Source: Leucoraja ocellata (lineage: Eukaryota). From it: a stretch of DNA of 64,000 nt. Position 1 is the first letter of the stretch; each line of letters opens with the position of its first letter. The DNA lies in contig JAWMAR010000043.1 of NCBI GenBank assembly GCA_036785375.1, positions 3,224,001-3,288,000 on the forward strand, read 5' to 3'. Of this stretch, positions 1-11,814 are shown one piece after another. The notes below the pieces were generated by a model, which ran no database searches, had not been told where the DNA came from, and saw nothing but the letters and a program-made list of their open reading frames with translations. Made by a program: the position numbers and the translations under genes.

Positions 1-347
1 ATGTTCAAAAAGTTGAATAAAATAAAGAAATGCGTTAAGTTATGTTTTTTGCTCATGTGACAAAATAAATTATATATAAAATTATACACAAGGGAGAATA
101 AGACGAAAATAACCAAAAAACATAAGAACATTTAGTCGAGAGTGAATGAAATTTTGTGATGAAGACTCAGGGTGAATGACACTGAAATTGTTTAAGATGC
201 ACTGCTCCAGAGCATCGACTGGAAAATAGGTCTTGTTTTGAATTGAGTCATGGGCAGTCTCAGAATAACCAATGTTGTAATGGTGCTGCTCCCTGAAAAG
301 ATACCAGCCCATGGTTTGGCATCTATTACCCAATCCTTGTTAACATG

Positions 348-950
348 TTGGGATGTAATGTTAAAATTGTACAAGGCATTGGTGAGGCCAATTCTGGAGT
401 ATGGTGTACAATTTTGGTCGCCTAATTATAGGAAGGATGTCAACAAAATAGAGAGAGTACAGAGGAGATTTACTAGAATGTTGCCTGGGTTTCAGCAACT
501 AAGTTACAGAGAAAGGTTGAACAAGTTAGGGCTTTATTCTTTGGAGCGCAGAAGGTTAAGGGGGGACTTGATAGAGGTTTTTTAAATGATGAGGGGGATA
601 GACAGAGTTGACGTGGAAAAGCTTTTCCCACTGAGAGTGGGGAAGATTCAAACAAGGGGACATGACTTGAGAATTATGGGACTGAAGTTTAGGGGTAACA
701 TGAGGGGGAACTTCTTTACTCAGAGAGTGGTAGCTGTGTGGAATGAGCTTCCAGTGAAGGTGGTGGAGGCAGGTTTGTTTTTATCATTTAAAAATAAATT
801 GGATAGTTATATGGATGGGAAGGGAATGGAGGGTTATGGTCTGAGCGCAGGTATATGGGACTAGGGGAGATTATGTGTTCGGCACGGACTAGAAGGGTCG
901 AGATGGCCTGTTTCCGTGCTGTAATTGTTATATGGTTATATGGTTATATG
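348..950 (+). mobile_element. CR1 LINE 3' fragment (subfamily with (TATGGTTA)n tail)
   Basis: Translates to the CR1 ORF2 C-terminus (LYKALVRPILEYGVQFWSP...ERVQRRFTRM...RRLRGDLIEVF...FFTQRVVAVWNELP), with one stop at 583-585. 3' UTR ends in TATGGTTA repeats. GTTAACATG is duplicated at 339-347 and 951-959. Confidence 0.95.
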
Positions 951-1539
951 GTTAACATGGATACAATGAAAAACATTAAGTTTTCTCCACTGCTGAAATA
1001 ACTGGTTAAACCATTCATAAAATACACAGATAAAAGCCTCACCCAGATACATTCTCCAACGGAGCCATCAAACTATTGCTATTACATATCTGTTCATTAG
1101 AACTATTCCTGGTGCTATGAAAATAGAACAATTTGTAGCCGGTTTCTGAGCAACCCCAATTTTTTATCTCTGACTATTTGGCATCACAAGTTAAAAATTT
1201 ACATTTGTAAAGTATAAAAAAGTAACATGAAAAATGTCCTCATTAGCAAAAATTGGATCACACAGTGCTATTTTTACATTTCCAAATAATGCAAAGTTGA
1301 TTTCACCCGGTGCACGTCACATTACAATCACATTTGGGAAAATCTACATCAAACATTGAAAGGGACTGATCAATTTCCGATCACACTCCATGTGTGCAGA
1401 CTTGACATCCTCCTAGCATCACATAATGCACAATTCAGCCCATTTCAACATAAAATGGGGTTCCAAGCCTGGAACAATCTCAGGAAATGCCGGAGCACAA
1501 CATACCACAATCCTGCTTTATCAGCAAGTCAAATAGACA

Positions 1540-1915
1540 TCCTACTGACATCAGGAAGATCTATAACAGAAAGGAATGCGACTTTAAAAATGACTTCAGG
1601 GCACCCAACACCTCCTGTGTCCAAAGAGAATGCTTAAACTTCCAGGAAGTGCTTGCAGCAGCATGTTGTTGCTGAGCTGCACATCCACACGATGCCTCAG
1701 TGATAAAATTGCTGGGACAGTGCACCACAAGCAGCTTTGGCATAAACATGACAGGCAACATATGGAGGCTTGGGGTGCTCCCTGCAGCAGGCACAGAGGG
1801 TCCATCTGTGGAGATCCAAAATGCAGCACATCTTCAGACAGCACTTCACATCTGGACTTGTCTGATGCGCAATGCACTCACAGGTTTGACTTTCTCTCTG
1901 CCATAAGAAGCGTGT
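1540..1915 (+). mobile_element. Possible very decayed RTE LINE 3' end
   Basis: Weak resemblance of GINMTGNIWRLGV and the terminal ...HKKR segment to RTE ORF C-termini. Heavily diverged. Confidence 0.25.
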
Positions 1916-2668
1916 GATGTTCTACGGTACACATGATATTAAACTCAACTCAAACTCACTACCTGTGAGAGCACATCACGGTTCCATGAGTGTGGATTAT
2001 CATTGTTGGTGAAGACAACTGGAGTAACCTTCCCATGATGGTTCTGCCAGGTAGCCTCATCCCTCTGGTACACTCCCAAGTGTTTTTAACTTTAATCAGC
2101 ACAAATAAGATTTTTAAGGATGTCAGTCACATAATTTGTAAAGTAAATAATCTATTTTACATGCAACACAGAAGAAAATAAAACCTCTCAGGCAAAGTAA
2201 ATTGGACTAAACTATGATTGATAACAAAAGAAAGTCACAAGGATTTTAATATAATTCTAATAGCAATGCATACAACATTTATGACTTATGCAAGTTATTT
2301 TTTGGTATATTGCTGAGTATAGAATTTATTAAATTAACTAACTGAAAACTCACAAATTCATTTCTGGCTGAATGAAGGCTCTACTCAATCCTTATCACTC
2401 AATGGATTGATTAATTATTTGATCATTTATACGGCATTTTTGTTCTCTTTTTGCTTGCTCATTCTCTTCCACCTGCCATTCTTTCCTATGCATAGATTAT
2501 TACCATCAGTAAAAACAGTAAAGGCTATTTGAATAAGTGCTCTGTAGTTACTTCAAGTATTTTTTGTTACTTTCTTGAGTTGCACATAATATACTCAATC
2601 TATCAGATTAAAGTGTTATGCAAAATGCAATATGCATCACTGATTTTGTACTGCTTGCAGATACATAT

Positions 2669-2802
2669 AAGATAGACACAAAATACTGGAGTAAATCAGC
2701 GGGACAGGCAGCATCTCTGGATAGAAGGAATGGGTGAAGTTTTGGGTCGAGATCCTTCTTCAGACTAAAGTAAACCAGCAACTGCAGTTCCTTCCTACAT
2801 AG
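2669..2802. mobile_element. Short Penelope-like (PLE) terminal-repeat insertion, partly inverted
   Basis: Matches the 3' end of the GIY-YIG element at 62150-62249 in reverse, followed by a forward 3' piece. TSD TGCAGAT(A/G)CATAT at 2656-2668 and 2803-2815. Confidence 0.8.
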
Positions 2803-3039
2803 TGCAGATGCATATCTTGAGTTCTCAAGCAACACATTCACAAGGCTAGGACATTCATTGAAGATTAGGTCAAGATGTTAGGATGAGTAACCTGCTGTGT
2901 TAGATTTAGCGAGTACACAAACAACTTTTATTTCAATACATTTACGGTCTGATAATATTCTAGTTACATTTATTGCAGGCCATCAGTAAAGAATAACAAA
3001 ACAAATGCAGATGTTGTACTGCCTTTATTTGTGTTATAG

Positions 3040-3865
3040 GGAGAGATTAGATAAGGTGGGACTTTCTTCTTTGGAGCGCAAGAGGCTGAGGGGATGAACT
3101 TATTGAGGTGTACAAAATCATGAGGGCATGGATAAAGTGAAATCTATTTACCATGATGGAGGATATTAAACCTGGAATAGGTTTCAAGTTGAGATGGCTG
3201 AGATTTCAAAGAGCCACATGGGGAAGATTGTCAGTTTGTTCCGAGTTTAGGATACAGCATGGAATTAGGCCCTTCAACCCACCGAGTCAATGTCGACCAT
3301 TGATCACCCACACACTAGGTCCATGTTATCCAACATTCGCATCAAACACACTCCTAGGAGCAATTTACAGAAGCCAATTAACCAACAAACCTGCACATCA
3401 TTGGAATGTGGAACAAAAACAGAGCACCCAGAGTAAACCCATGTGATCACAGGGAGAACGTACAAACTCCGCACAAAGAGCACCTGTGGTCAGGATCAAA
3501 CCTAGTTTCCAGAGGATGTAACTGCAGTTCAAAATGACCCTTTGAGCCTGCACTGTTACAAGAAGTTGCATTAGCCATTTTCAATCTGTTCCTGTTTGTT
3601 CAAACCTGGGTCTCTGGCCCTGTGAGGCAGCAACTCTACCACTGCGCCACTGTGCCATCTGTATCTGGAATGAGCTGCCAGATGAAGCTATAAAAGCGGA
3701 TACAGTTACAACTTTTAAAAGAAAGATACATGGAAGGGAAGGATTTAGATGGCTATGGGCCAAATACAGGCAAATGGCAATAACACATTATGCCCATTCG
3801 GTTGGCAGGGACAAGGTGGGCTAAAGGGACTGTTTCTGTGCTGTTTAGCTCAATGACTCAATGAC
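3040..3865 (+). mobile_element. Old CR1 3' fragment interrupted by a SINE
   Basis: TTGGAGCGCAAGAGGCTGAGGGG...GAGGTGTACAAAATCATGAGGG (LERKRLRG...EVYKIMR). Resumes at about 3660 with TGGAATGAGCTGCCAG and a CR1 3' UTR. Confidence 0.75.
3245..3657 (-). mobile_element. HE1-type V-SINE carrying a 97-bp foreign insertion
   Basis: Reverse strand shows a tRNA-like head (GGCACAGTGGCGCAGTGGTAGAGTTGCTGCCTCACAG), a V-domain-like GGAGTTTGTACGTTCTCCC and a CR1-like tail. Confidence 0.85.
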
Positions 3866-4287
3866 TACCACAATAAATATACCTACTTGTTTTGTGGTTA
3901 TCAAACTACAACGAAGAAAAGAATCCGGATCTCATTGACAGACTACAAAATACTTAGGATAAAAACTCTGAGTATGGGGCAGATTAATAGCAGATTAATA
4001 GCTCAGTGGCAGCTACATGTCATTTCCTGGTCTAGCGTGGTTAGGCAACCTGGACAGGAAGTCTGGGAGCTTCTCCAGAGAACTACATTGAAAACACATA
4101 ATGGTGAGAGGACAGGAGATGGTGATGAATGATGGGGGTGAATGGGGTAGGAGAAGGGACAGCAATAGACATTCAGTAGATGCTGGGTGAACCTTCACTG
4201 GCTGAGCACCATATGTCCAACGCTGCAATCAACCAGAGCAGTTTGAGTGCTCATTGTACCTCTGGGGCCCAATGTTCCCCCAGTAAG

Positions 4288-4508
4288 TACAGGATGGAAC
4301 TGCAGATGCTGGTTTATACTAAAAATAGACATACTCAGTGGGTCAGGCAGCATCTTTGGAGAAAAGGAATAGGTGACGTTTTGGGTCAAAACCCTTCTTC
4401 TTCAGAAGAGGGAGGAAGCATGGGTTTCAACCTGAAACACCATCTATTCCTTTTCTCCAGAGATACTGCCTGACCCACTGAGTTACTCCAGCATTTTGTG
4501 TCCAGCTT
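4288..4508. mobile_element. Palindromic (head-to-head) PLE terminal-repeat insertion
   Basis: Two inverted copies of the PLE 3' unit. TSD CCCCAGTAAG at 4278-4287 and 4509-4518. Confidence 0.8.
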
Positions 4509-4554
4509 CCCCAGTAAGAGTTGTTTTAGATGAGGACAGACCTCGATTATGTAA

Positions 4555-4805
4555 AAGTCTATTTTACACAGAGAGTGGTGAATCTGTGGAATTCTCTGCC
4601 ACAGAAGTAGTTGAGGCCAGTTCATTGGCTATATTTAAGAGGGAGTTAGATGTGGCCCTTGTGGCTAAAGGGATCAGGGGGTATGGAGAGAAGGCAGGTC
4701 CAGGTTACTGAGTTGGATGATCAGCCATGATCATATTGAATGGCGGTGCAGGCTCGAAGGGCCGAATGGCCTACACCTGCACCTATTTTCTATGTTTCTA
4801 TGTCT
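4555..4805 (+). mobile_element. CR1 3' end (subfamily with (TTCTATGT)n tail)
   Basis: TQRVVNLWNSLP...SSLAIFKRELDVALVAKGIRGYGEKAG, 3' UTR and TTCTATGT tail. Near-identical to 53960-54198. Confidence 0.92.
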
Positions 4806-5431
4806 CTCTCATCAACACGGGAAGATCAGGCCTCAAGAGAAATGGAACAGTGAGAATAGGCCTCATTCTGCATCACTGCCCATTCCCACCTGGCAAAGTA
4901 CAGAGGCACATGCAGCTGGTGTTCAGAACTGGAACAGAAGCAATTTACTGCCCTGCAATTTTAAATAAGGTGTAAAATTAGGATCTGAGTTTATTGGTTC
5001 GGTACTTTTCTTGAGGTGGGCTGTGATAAGAGGAGTATAAATCTCTCCCAGTTGAGGTGAGACAAATGAGCACATAAAAATAGACAACTGGCAGTAACTG
5101 CAACAGGACTTCAATCAGCCACCAAATTGATTCCATGGGAACAAACAGGAACAGATTGAAAATGGCTAATGCACCCTCCTGTAACAGTGCAGCCTCAAAG
5201 GGTCATTTTGAACTGCAGTTACATCGTCTGGAAACCCATTCTCTTCCTTTCAATTTAACTATCAGACGTAAATCAGGTAGAGGCAGCAATGACCATTGGA
5301 GCACCAATCACAAATCCAGTCAGTCCACTGAGAAAGTCTGGATATCTAAGGTCAGCTGCAGGTATGTGAATGTTCACCTATCCAGGCCACAGGAATATTG
5401 GTTTTCTAATTCCTGCTGGCTATGCCTGATC

Positions 5432-5706
5432 TGTTTAGAAATACACCATGGAAACAGTCCCTTCGGCCCACCGACTCCATGCCAACCAACGATCACCCGT
5501 TCTATGTTATCCCACTTTCACATCCACTTCCCACTTCCTACAAACCTGCATATCTTTGGGATGTGGAATTACAGCAGAGCACCTAGAAGAAACCCACGTG
5601 GTTACAAGGAGAATAGACAAACTCCACGCAGACAGAACCCAAGGTCAGGATCGAGCCCATGTCTCTGGCATTGTGAGGCAGCAACTTTACCAGTTGCACC
5701 AGTGCT
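5432..5706 (-). mobile_element. HE1-type V-SINE, diverged
   Basis: Reverse strand has the SINE head, V-domain GTGGAGTTTGTCTATTCTCC and tail. Confidence 0.8.
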
Positions 5707-5799
5707 GTCCTGTATCTGGTGACGTTCATCAGCAATAGGGGCAGATATCAAATCGAAGCACAAACTGAATTTCCCATTGCGATACACACATTCACATTA

Positions 5800-6390
5800 C
5801 ATATAAGATTGTTAAGGGCTTGGACACACTAGAGGCAGGAAACATGTTCCCGATGTTGGGAGAGTCCAAAACCAGAGGCCACAGTTTAAGAATAAGGAGT
5901 AAACCATTTAGAACATAGAAACATAGATAATAGGTGCAGGGGTAGGCCATTCGGCTCTTCGAGCCTGCACCGCCATTCAATATGATCATGGCTGATCATC
6001 CAACTCTGTATCCTGTACCTGCCTTCCCTCCATACCCCCTGATCCCTTTAGCCACAAGGGCCACATCTAACTCCCTCTTAAATTTAGCCAATGAACTGGC
6101 CTCAACTACCTTCTGTGGCAGGGAATTCCAGAGATTCACCACTCTCTGTGTGAGAATGGAGGTGAGGAAAAAGTTTTTCTCACAGAGAGTGGTGAGTGTG
6201 GAATTCTCTGCCTCAGATGGTGGTGGAGGCAGGTTCTCTGGACGCTTTCAAAAAGAGCTAGATAGGGCTCTTAAAAGTAGCAGGGGATATGGGGTACTGA
6301 TTGTGGATGATCAACCATGATCACATTGAATGGCGGTGCTGGCTCGAAGGGCCAAATGACCTGCTCCTGCACCTATTGTCTATTGTCTAT
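5800..6390 (+). mobile_element. CR1 3' fragment with a second CR1 3' end nested in antisense (about 5912-6152)
   Basis: Plus-strand CR1 (KIVKGLDTLEAGNMFPMLGESKTRGHSLRI) breaks at TTTAGAA, is followed by a reverse-strand tail and UTR, then resumes with MEVRKKFFSQRVV and ends in (TATTGTC)n. Confidence 0.9.
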
Positions 6391-6541
6391 CTTTAGGATT
6401 CTGATTGAATTTAAATACTGATCTGAACCCCCACAACATTCACATGAACACAGCCAATTGGCCCCTTGAGTTTGCTCCATTATTCTATAAGATCACAGCT
6501 GATCCAATTTTAATGTCAGCACCATTTTCTCAAGCTCTTGG

Positions 6542-6905
6542 AAAGGCTTGGATAGAATGGATGTGGAGAGGATGTTTCCACTGGTGGGAGAGTCAAGGAC
6601 TAGAGGTCATAGCCTCAGAATTATAGGACATTATTTTAGGAAGCAGATGAGGAGGAATTTATTTAGTCAGAGGGTGGTGAATCTGTGGAATTCTTTGCTA
6701 CAGAAGGCTGTGGAGGCAAAGTCAGTGGACATATTTAAGGCAGAGATAGATAGATTCTTGATTAGTATGGATGTCAGAGGTTATGGGGAGAAGGCAGGAG
6801 AATGGGGTTAGGAGGGACAGATAGATCAGCCATGATTGAATGGCAGTAGACTTGATGGGCCAAAAGGCCCTATTCAACTCCTATCACTTATGATCTTATG
6901 ATCTC
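6542..6905 (+). mobile_element. CR1 3' fragment
   Basis: ORF 6548-6811 DVERMFPLVGESRTRGHSLRI...FSQRVVNLWNSL, then 3' UTR and CTTATGAT tail. Confidence 0.92.
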
Positions 6906-7000
6906 TTCCCACACCCTTTTCCTTCCCACACGTTTCACCCGAGTTCTTTTATTTTCAGTACCAGTTGGTCGTGTCCAGCCATCAGAATTTTCATCCAGAG

Positions 7001-7049
7001 ATCAGTGAGGCCAATTCAATCAGTGAGGCCAATTGAATGAGTGAGGCCA
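7001..7049. repeat. Three tandem copies of an 18-bp unit
   Basis: ATCAGTGAGGCCAATTCA / ATCAGTGAGGCCAATTGA / ATGAGTGAGGCCA. Confidence 0.9.
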
Positions 7050-7899
7050 GCTCGCTCCTCCCTTATAGCTGTTTCTATGATCCTCTTCCACGGACTGTTT
7101 TTATTCATTTCCGACGTAAGAACGAATCCTATCATAACCTGGGGACCTTTGTAATTTACATGTCATGGGCCTTCTACATGGATGTCTCAGATGAGCTGCG
7201 AGGCTATAAGCTAAAGGGAAGTGGTAAATTCTAAGCCAGCACTTGGAAGTAGGAATGAATCACATTGGAAGCCTCAATAACAAAAAAAAAAACATATCTG
7301 TGGACTCAAACTAGGTGCATTAACCAACAAAACCCCTTCTTGTTAGATAGACACAACAAGTTGGAGTAACTCAGCGGGACAGGCAGCATCACTGGAGAGA
7401 TGGAATGGGTGACGTTTCGGGTCGAGAACCGTTGACTGGCTGCTGCCTCCCCTGTGCTGTCCCCGCGTCTGCAACACATTGTAACATGCCAACTCCCAAG
7501 AGAAAAATGCACCAGTCACCTCCACTAGCAGAGCACAATATTCCAAATCCATTGCAGCTGCTCGCACAAATAACATGTTATTTGTTTTGAGAATCTAAAC
7601 GACGGCAGATAACACACGTCAGAATTTAATCATTGAAATGGATCTGATGCAGACAGGTCCGCAGGGCTTTGTCTTTCCATGCGATGAACACGACGGTGCT
7701 CGCATTGCCAACAATCAGTCGGCATTTAGCAACAGACGATCCTTACGCAAGTCAAAGCCCATTACACAGACCATTTGAACTTCTCATTAACAACATAAAT
7801 ATTGATAAGAAATTAACTGCATGTTCAATGGGCTAAATTCTGATTCAATGTTTGTTTTTTCAAGGATCCATTAACGTAGAAACACTTGTAAAATTATGA

Positions 7900-8177
7900 G
7901 TCTTGGAGTTTACGGTACTGACAATAACAAGAGTTTTGAGACAAATATCTGAAACACAACTAGTCAACAGCCAAAAATCTGTAGCCTCCCTTTGATCTTT
8001 GATTTGATTTGTTGGTTCACATGCATGATCAATGGTGTTTTATCATTAATGTTTTATTATTATTAATGTTTAGTGTTTTCTGAGTCATTCGTAACTGTCT
8101 CTGTATGTCATGTTGTTACTTGTGGGCGGATTCCTTGTATGAGAATACTTGGCCAATAAACTTACTTACTTACTTAA
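7900..8177 (+). mobile_element. LINE 3' UTR/tail fragment ending in AATAAA(CTTA)n
   Basis: T-rich UTR-like tract ending GGCCAATAAACTTACTTACTTACTTA. The clade (Rex1 or L2-like) is uncertain. Confidence 0.5.
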
Positions 8178-8343
8178 CTACAATAGAAGGATTCAGGATA
8201 AAGACTATGGCAGCTTTCCATCTCATTTTAGTGAAATCAATCTTTGGAATCAAAACTACTTTACTCTTAATTTTAATCAGATTATAGACACAAAAAGCTG
8301 GAGTAACTCATTGGGACAAGCAGCATCTCTGGAGAGAAGGAAT

Positions 8344-8377
8344 GGGTGACGTTTCGAGTCGAGACCCTTCTTCAGAC
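8344..8377 (-). ncRNA. Minimal hammerhead-ribozyme-like motif in a PLE terminal repeat (host copy about 8283-8378)
   Basis: Reverse strand reads GU-CUGAAGA-A-GGGU-CUCG-ACUC-GAAA-C-GUC-ACCC: both core boxes, a stem II hairpin and a GUC triplet. Stems I and III are rudimentary. Confidence 0.5.
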
Positions 8378-8904
8378 ATACAGATGATCAGATGCAACAT
8401 CTGGTTTTAGTTCAGGCCTATCTCCTGCTGATTCATCAGTTAGATAATCAAAGGAAAGTTGTTGGAAAACATTTTGGAAGCCTAATTTGAGTCGCTGACA
8501 GCTATATAGAATGCTTTGGGTTAAATAAGCAGTCAGATGGTACTAATTGTCAGTATGGTATACTAACTGATTTCTTGAGTTCTAAAGCCATTGATCGCAC
8601 TCTCAAATAATCCAGTGATGTCTTGCATTTTTGGCTGGGATATTGGATACGATCACATTGTTTTTCTCTGTGCAGCAGAATCCAGTGTGGATCATTAAGT
8701 AACAGGATTAATACAACATCAGCTTCGATCCTGCTTAAAACACACATACAGATAATGCTTTAATGCTGTTTGCTGCAGCTCTGATGATATCACTTGCAGC
8801 ACTTTTAAACTCGTGGGAGATATTAAAAGAGCTTTTTCTGTTCTCTGTCAGATAAAGATATTTATCTTAACTCTAACGTGTGAAGTGTTCACTTTAGTAT
8901 GTCA

Positions 8905-9119
8905 TACCAGGGTAGGACTTGCACAATAAATGGTAGAGCTCTGGAGAGCAACAGAGAGATCTGGGAGTACCAGTGCACAATTTCCTAAACATTGCAAGTC
9001 AGGTGAATAATGTAATGAAGAAGACATTTAGCACACTTGCCTTCATTGAGAAATATTGGAAAATATTGGCCCATCATGATGCAGCTACACAAGTCGTTAG
9101 TGAGGCCACACTTGGAGTA
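8905..9119 (+). mobile_element. Old CR1 fragment
   Basis: HNFLNIASQVNNVMKKTFSTLAFI...VRPHLEY-like sequence. Confidence 0.75.
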
Positions 9120-9383
9120 CATAGAAACATAGAAAATAGGTGCAGGAGTAGGCCATTCAGCCCTTCGAGCCTGCACCGCCATTCAATATGATCATCCAAC
9201 TCGGTATCCTGTACCTGCCTTCTCTCCATACCCCCTGATCCCTTTAGCCACAAGGGCTACATCTAACCCATCTAAATATAGCCAATGAACTGGCCTCAAC
9301 TTCATTCTGTGGCAGAGAATTCCAGAGATTCACCACTCTCTGTGTGAAAAATGTTTTTCTCATCTCAGTCCTAAAAGATTTCC
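9120..9383 (-). mobile_element. CR1 3' end
   Basis: Reverse strand KSFRTEMRKTFFTQRVVNLWNSLPQ, 3' UTR and (TTCTATGT)n tail. Confidence 0.92.
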
Positions 9384-9391
9384 ACTCAGAT

Positions 9392-9853
9392 GGACTACAT
9401 CTGTCTGATGACCTGACGTCCACGGCCAACACCACAGCTCTGGTCAAGAGAGCCCAGCAGCGACTTCACCCTCTCCGAAGACTACGTAAGGCAGGCCTCC
9501 CCACCACACACCTACGGACTTTTTATAGGGGGACTGTCGAGAGCACACTGACATACGGCATCACTTCCTGGTTCGGGAGCTGCAAGGCGTACGAACGGCA
9601 CCAACTGGACAGGATAGTGAAGACCGCAAGCAGGATTATTGGTGCTCCACTCCCCTTCCTGCTGGACATATACAGGAAGAGATGTATCAACAGAGCCATC
9701 TCCATCATCAAAGACCCTTACCACCCATCGCATGACATTTTCTCCATCCTGCCATCTGGGAAGAGGTACAGGAGCATTAGCTGCAAAACCAGCAGGATGC
9801 TCCTCAGCTTCTTCCCACAGGCTATAAGACTGTTAAATGGACTTTGCCCCCTG
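9392..9853 (+). mobile_element. Rex1/Babar LINE RT C-terminal fragment, frame uninterrupted up to the gap
   Basis: GLHLSDDLTSTANTTALVKRAQQRLHPLRRLRK...FYRGTVESTLTYGITSWFG...IIKDPYHPSH...LPSGKRYRSI...SFFPQAIRLLN, the typical Rex1/Babar ORF end. Confidence 0.9.
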
Positions 9854-10053
9854 NNNNNNNNNNNNNNNNNNNNNNNNNNNNNNNNNNNNNNNNNNNNNNN
9901 NNNNNNNNNNNNNNNNNNNNNNNNNNNNNNNNNNNNNNNNNNNNNNNNNNNNNNNNNNNNNNNNNNNNNNNNNNNNNNNNNNNNNNNNNNNNNNNNNNNN
10001 NNNNNNNNNNNNNNNNNNNNNNNNNNNNNNNNNNNNNNNNNNNNNNNNNNNNN
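9854..10053. other. Assembly gap (200 N)
   Basis: Run of N. Confidence 1.
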
Positions 10054-11496
10054 ACCATCATTGGTGACTACCTACAAACTGCAGTGTCATTATTCATAAA
10101 GACCCACTTTAACAGCACTTCCTAACATGGCAGCCATCACCATCAAGAAAGACAAGTGCAAACATCATATGGCAACATCTCCTTGCAAGTCCCCTATAAA
10201 TCACAAGCCATCCTGACTTTGAAACACATTGCCTTTCCTTAAATTCCAGAAAATCTAAATTATGGATTTCCTGACTCACCAGTGATGTGGGAGAATCTTC
10301 ACAGGGGGATTGCAATGGTTCAACAATGGAGCTACCATCACTACTAGTTCAAGTACAATCAGGCATATTGGTAGGAAATGCAGCCTGTGCCAGTGGCTCC
10401 CTGCAGAATGAATGAAAAAAAAACCTTATTCAGAATATCTCTTCAACACGTAGACTTGATTAACTGTGCAAGATTTTATGGACTGCCGCACCAACATAAA
10501 TGAATTGCGTTTTCTTTCTGAATTCTTCAAGTTATTAATCTAAAGTACAGGTTCTTCTACATTTCTGCAAATAAATTGATGATTTTCAAACTAATGCTCA
10601 TTCAGTGCCTTGCTGCAACATCCTGTATGGAAAAGGTATAATTAATCTCACAGATGTTAATGAGAAGCATGAATGTGATTTGACTAATCTCATCCACCTT
10701 TAATGTCAGCCGTTAACAGCCCTGTTAATGTGCATTCAGCATGTGGGCTATCATCAATTCACACAGCAATAAGTGAAACGTCTTTTGCTTCTGACTAAAC
10801 CTTATGAAAGTAGAAATGATCTCAGTTTAGGGAATACTTCCTCCATGTAAATTATTTTGCTTAACTTTTACATCCTATAAGTTTATCAAATTATTTGTCA
10901 GGACTTTCAGGTAATACTTTTGCTGCAGAGTATCCAACCATAAGTTGAATTTCAAAGCAGCCTCACAAACAAGGGCAGTTCATTGATTCAACCCTGGTGT
11001 GTGTGCTGATCTCAGTTCGAGCTGGGAATTTGGGACTGAGAAAAAGATTATAGAATTCTCTATCCTGATTATGACCTCTGTTGGCATATTTACCTTACAT
11101 CTGGATCCAGTGACTCGAGTTCAGTTGAGTTTCGTTCATTGTCACATGTACCAAAGTACAGTGAAAAGCTTTTCACTTTGTTCCTCCACCATTAATAACT
11201 GTGTAGTGATCACCGGTACATTGGTTACTGGCAACATGAGTTATGATCAGAGCTGGGCCTCCAACATACAATTTTATTCGGAACTAGCATTCTTCTAATC
11301 TGTTTTCTTCGCTGCTCCTAAGCCACATGTATTAGTCTATAATGTAGAAAGCTCCAAGCAAGCAACAAATGTAATTTACTGCATGTTTAACACTTTGTGC
11401 ATTTTATTCCATCAGTAAGACAAGCAAAGTGGTCGAATCATTACGGATTTGCAGCGTGGAAATCCACTGCTTCGAGGTACATTGCACGCAGTCTTC

Positions 11497-11514
11497 TGCT
11501 GCCACCTGGAGGCA
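11497..11514 (-). promoter_or_regulatory. Candidate CTCF site
   Basis: Reverse strand TGCCTCCAGGTGGCAGCA is close to the CTCF core CCASYAGRKGGCRS and lies in non-repeat DNA. Motif match only. Confidence 0.4.
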
Positions 11515-11814
11515 GCAAGCCAGCAGGTTGAGCATAGACTCAGTGAACTATGTCGTTTTGACAGAGACAGACACAGGCAGAGGGGCAAAATACAACCACA
11601 ACAACTTGTCAGCCTCAATGACCCAAGCAACCCACAGAAGGAAAGTTAGAAACAAGACAAAGGGAAAGAAAATGTAACAAGAGACCTTTCACTTGGTCAA
11701 AGAGATAACTTTCAAACAATAGTTGAAAGGAAGACAGAGAGTGCTAAAGTAACAGCGGGCCAGGCAGCATCTCTGGAGAACAAGGTTAGGTGAAGTTTTG
11801 GGTCAAGACCCTTC

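Noticed and set aside
82-333. 83-aa minus-strand ORF in unique DNA
   Set aside because: No recognisable homology and no convincing splice donor.
5135-5722. 195-aa ORF
   Set aside because: Second half is antisense SINE sequence and no domain is evident.
7001-7049. Short direct repeats as a CRISPR-like array
   Set aside because: Contiguous tandem units without spacers, in eukaryotic DNA with no cas genes.
9344-10125. 251-aa ORF and poly-X ORFs around the gap
   Set aside because: Chimera of antisense CR1, Rex1 and the N gap; not a gene.
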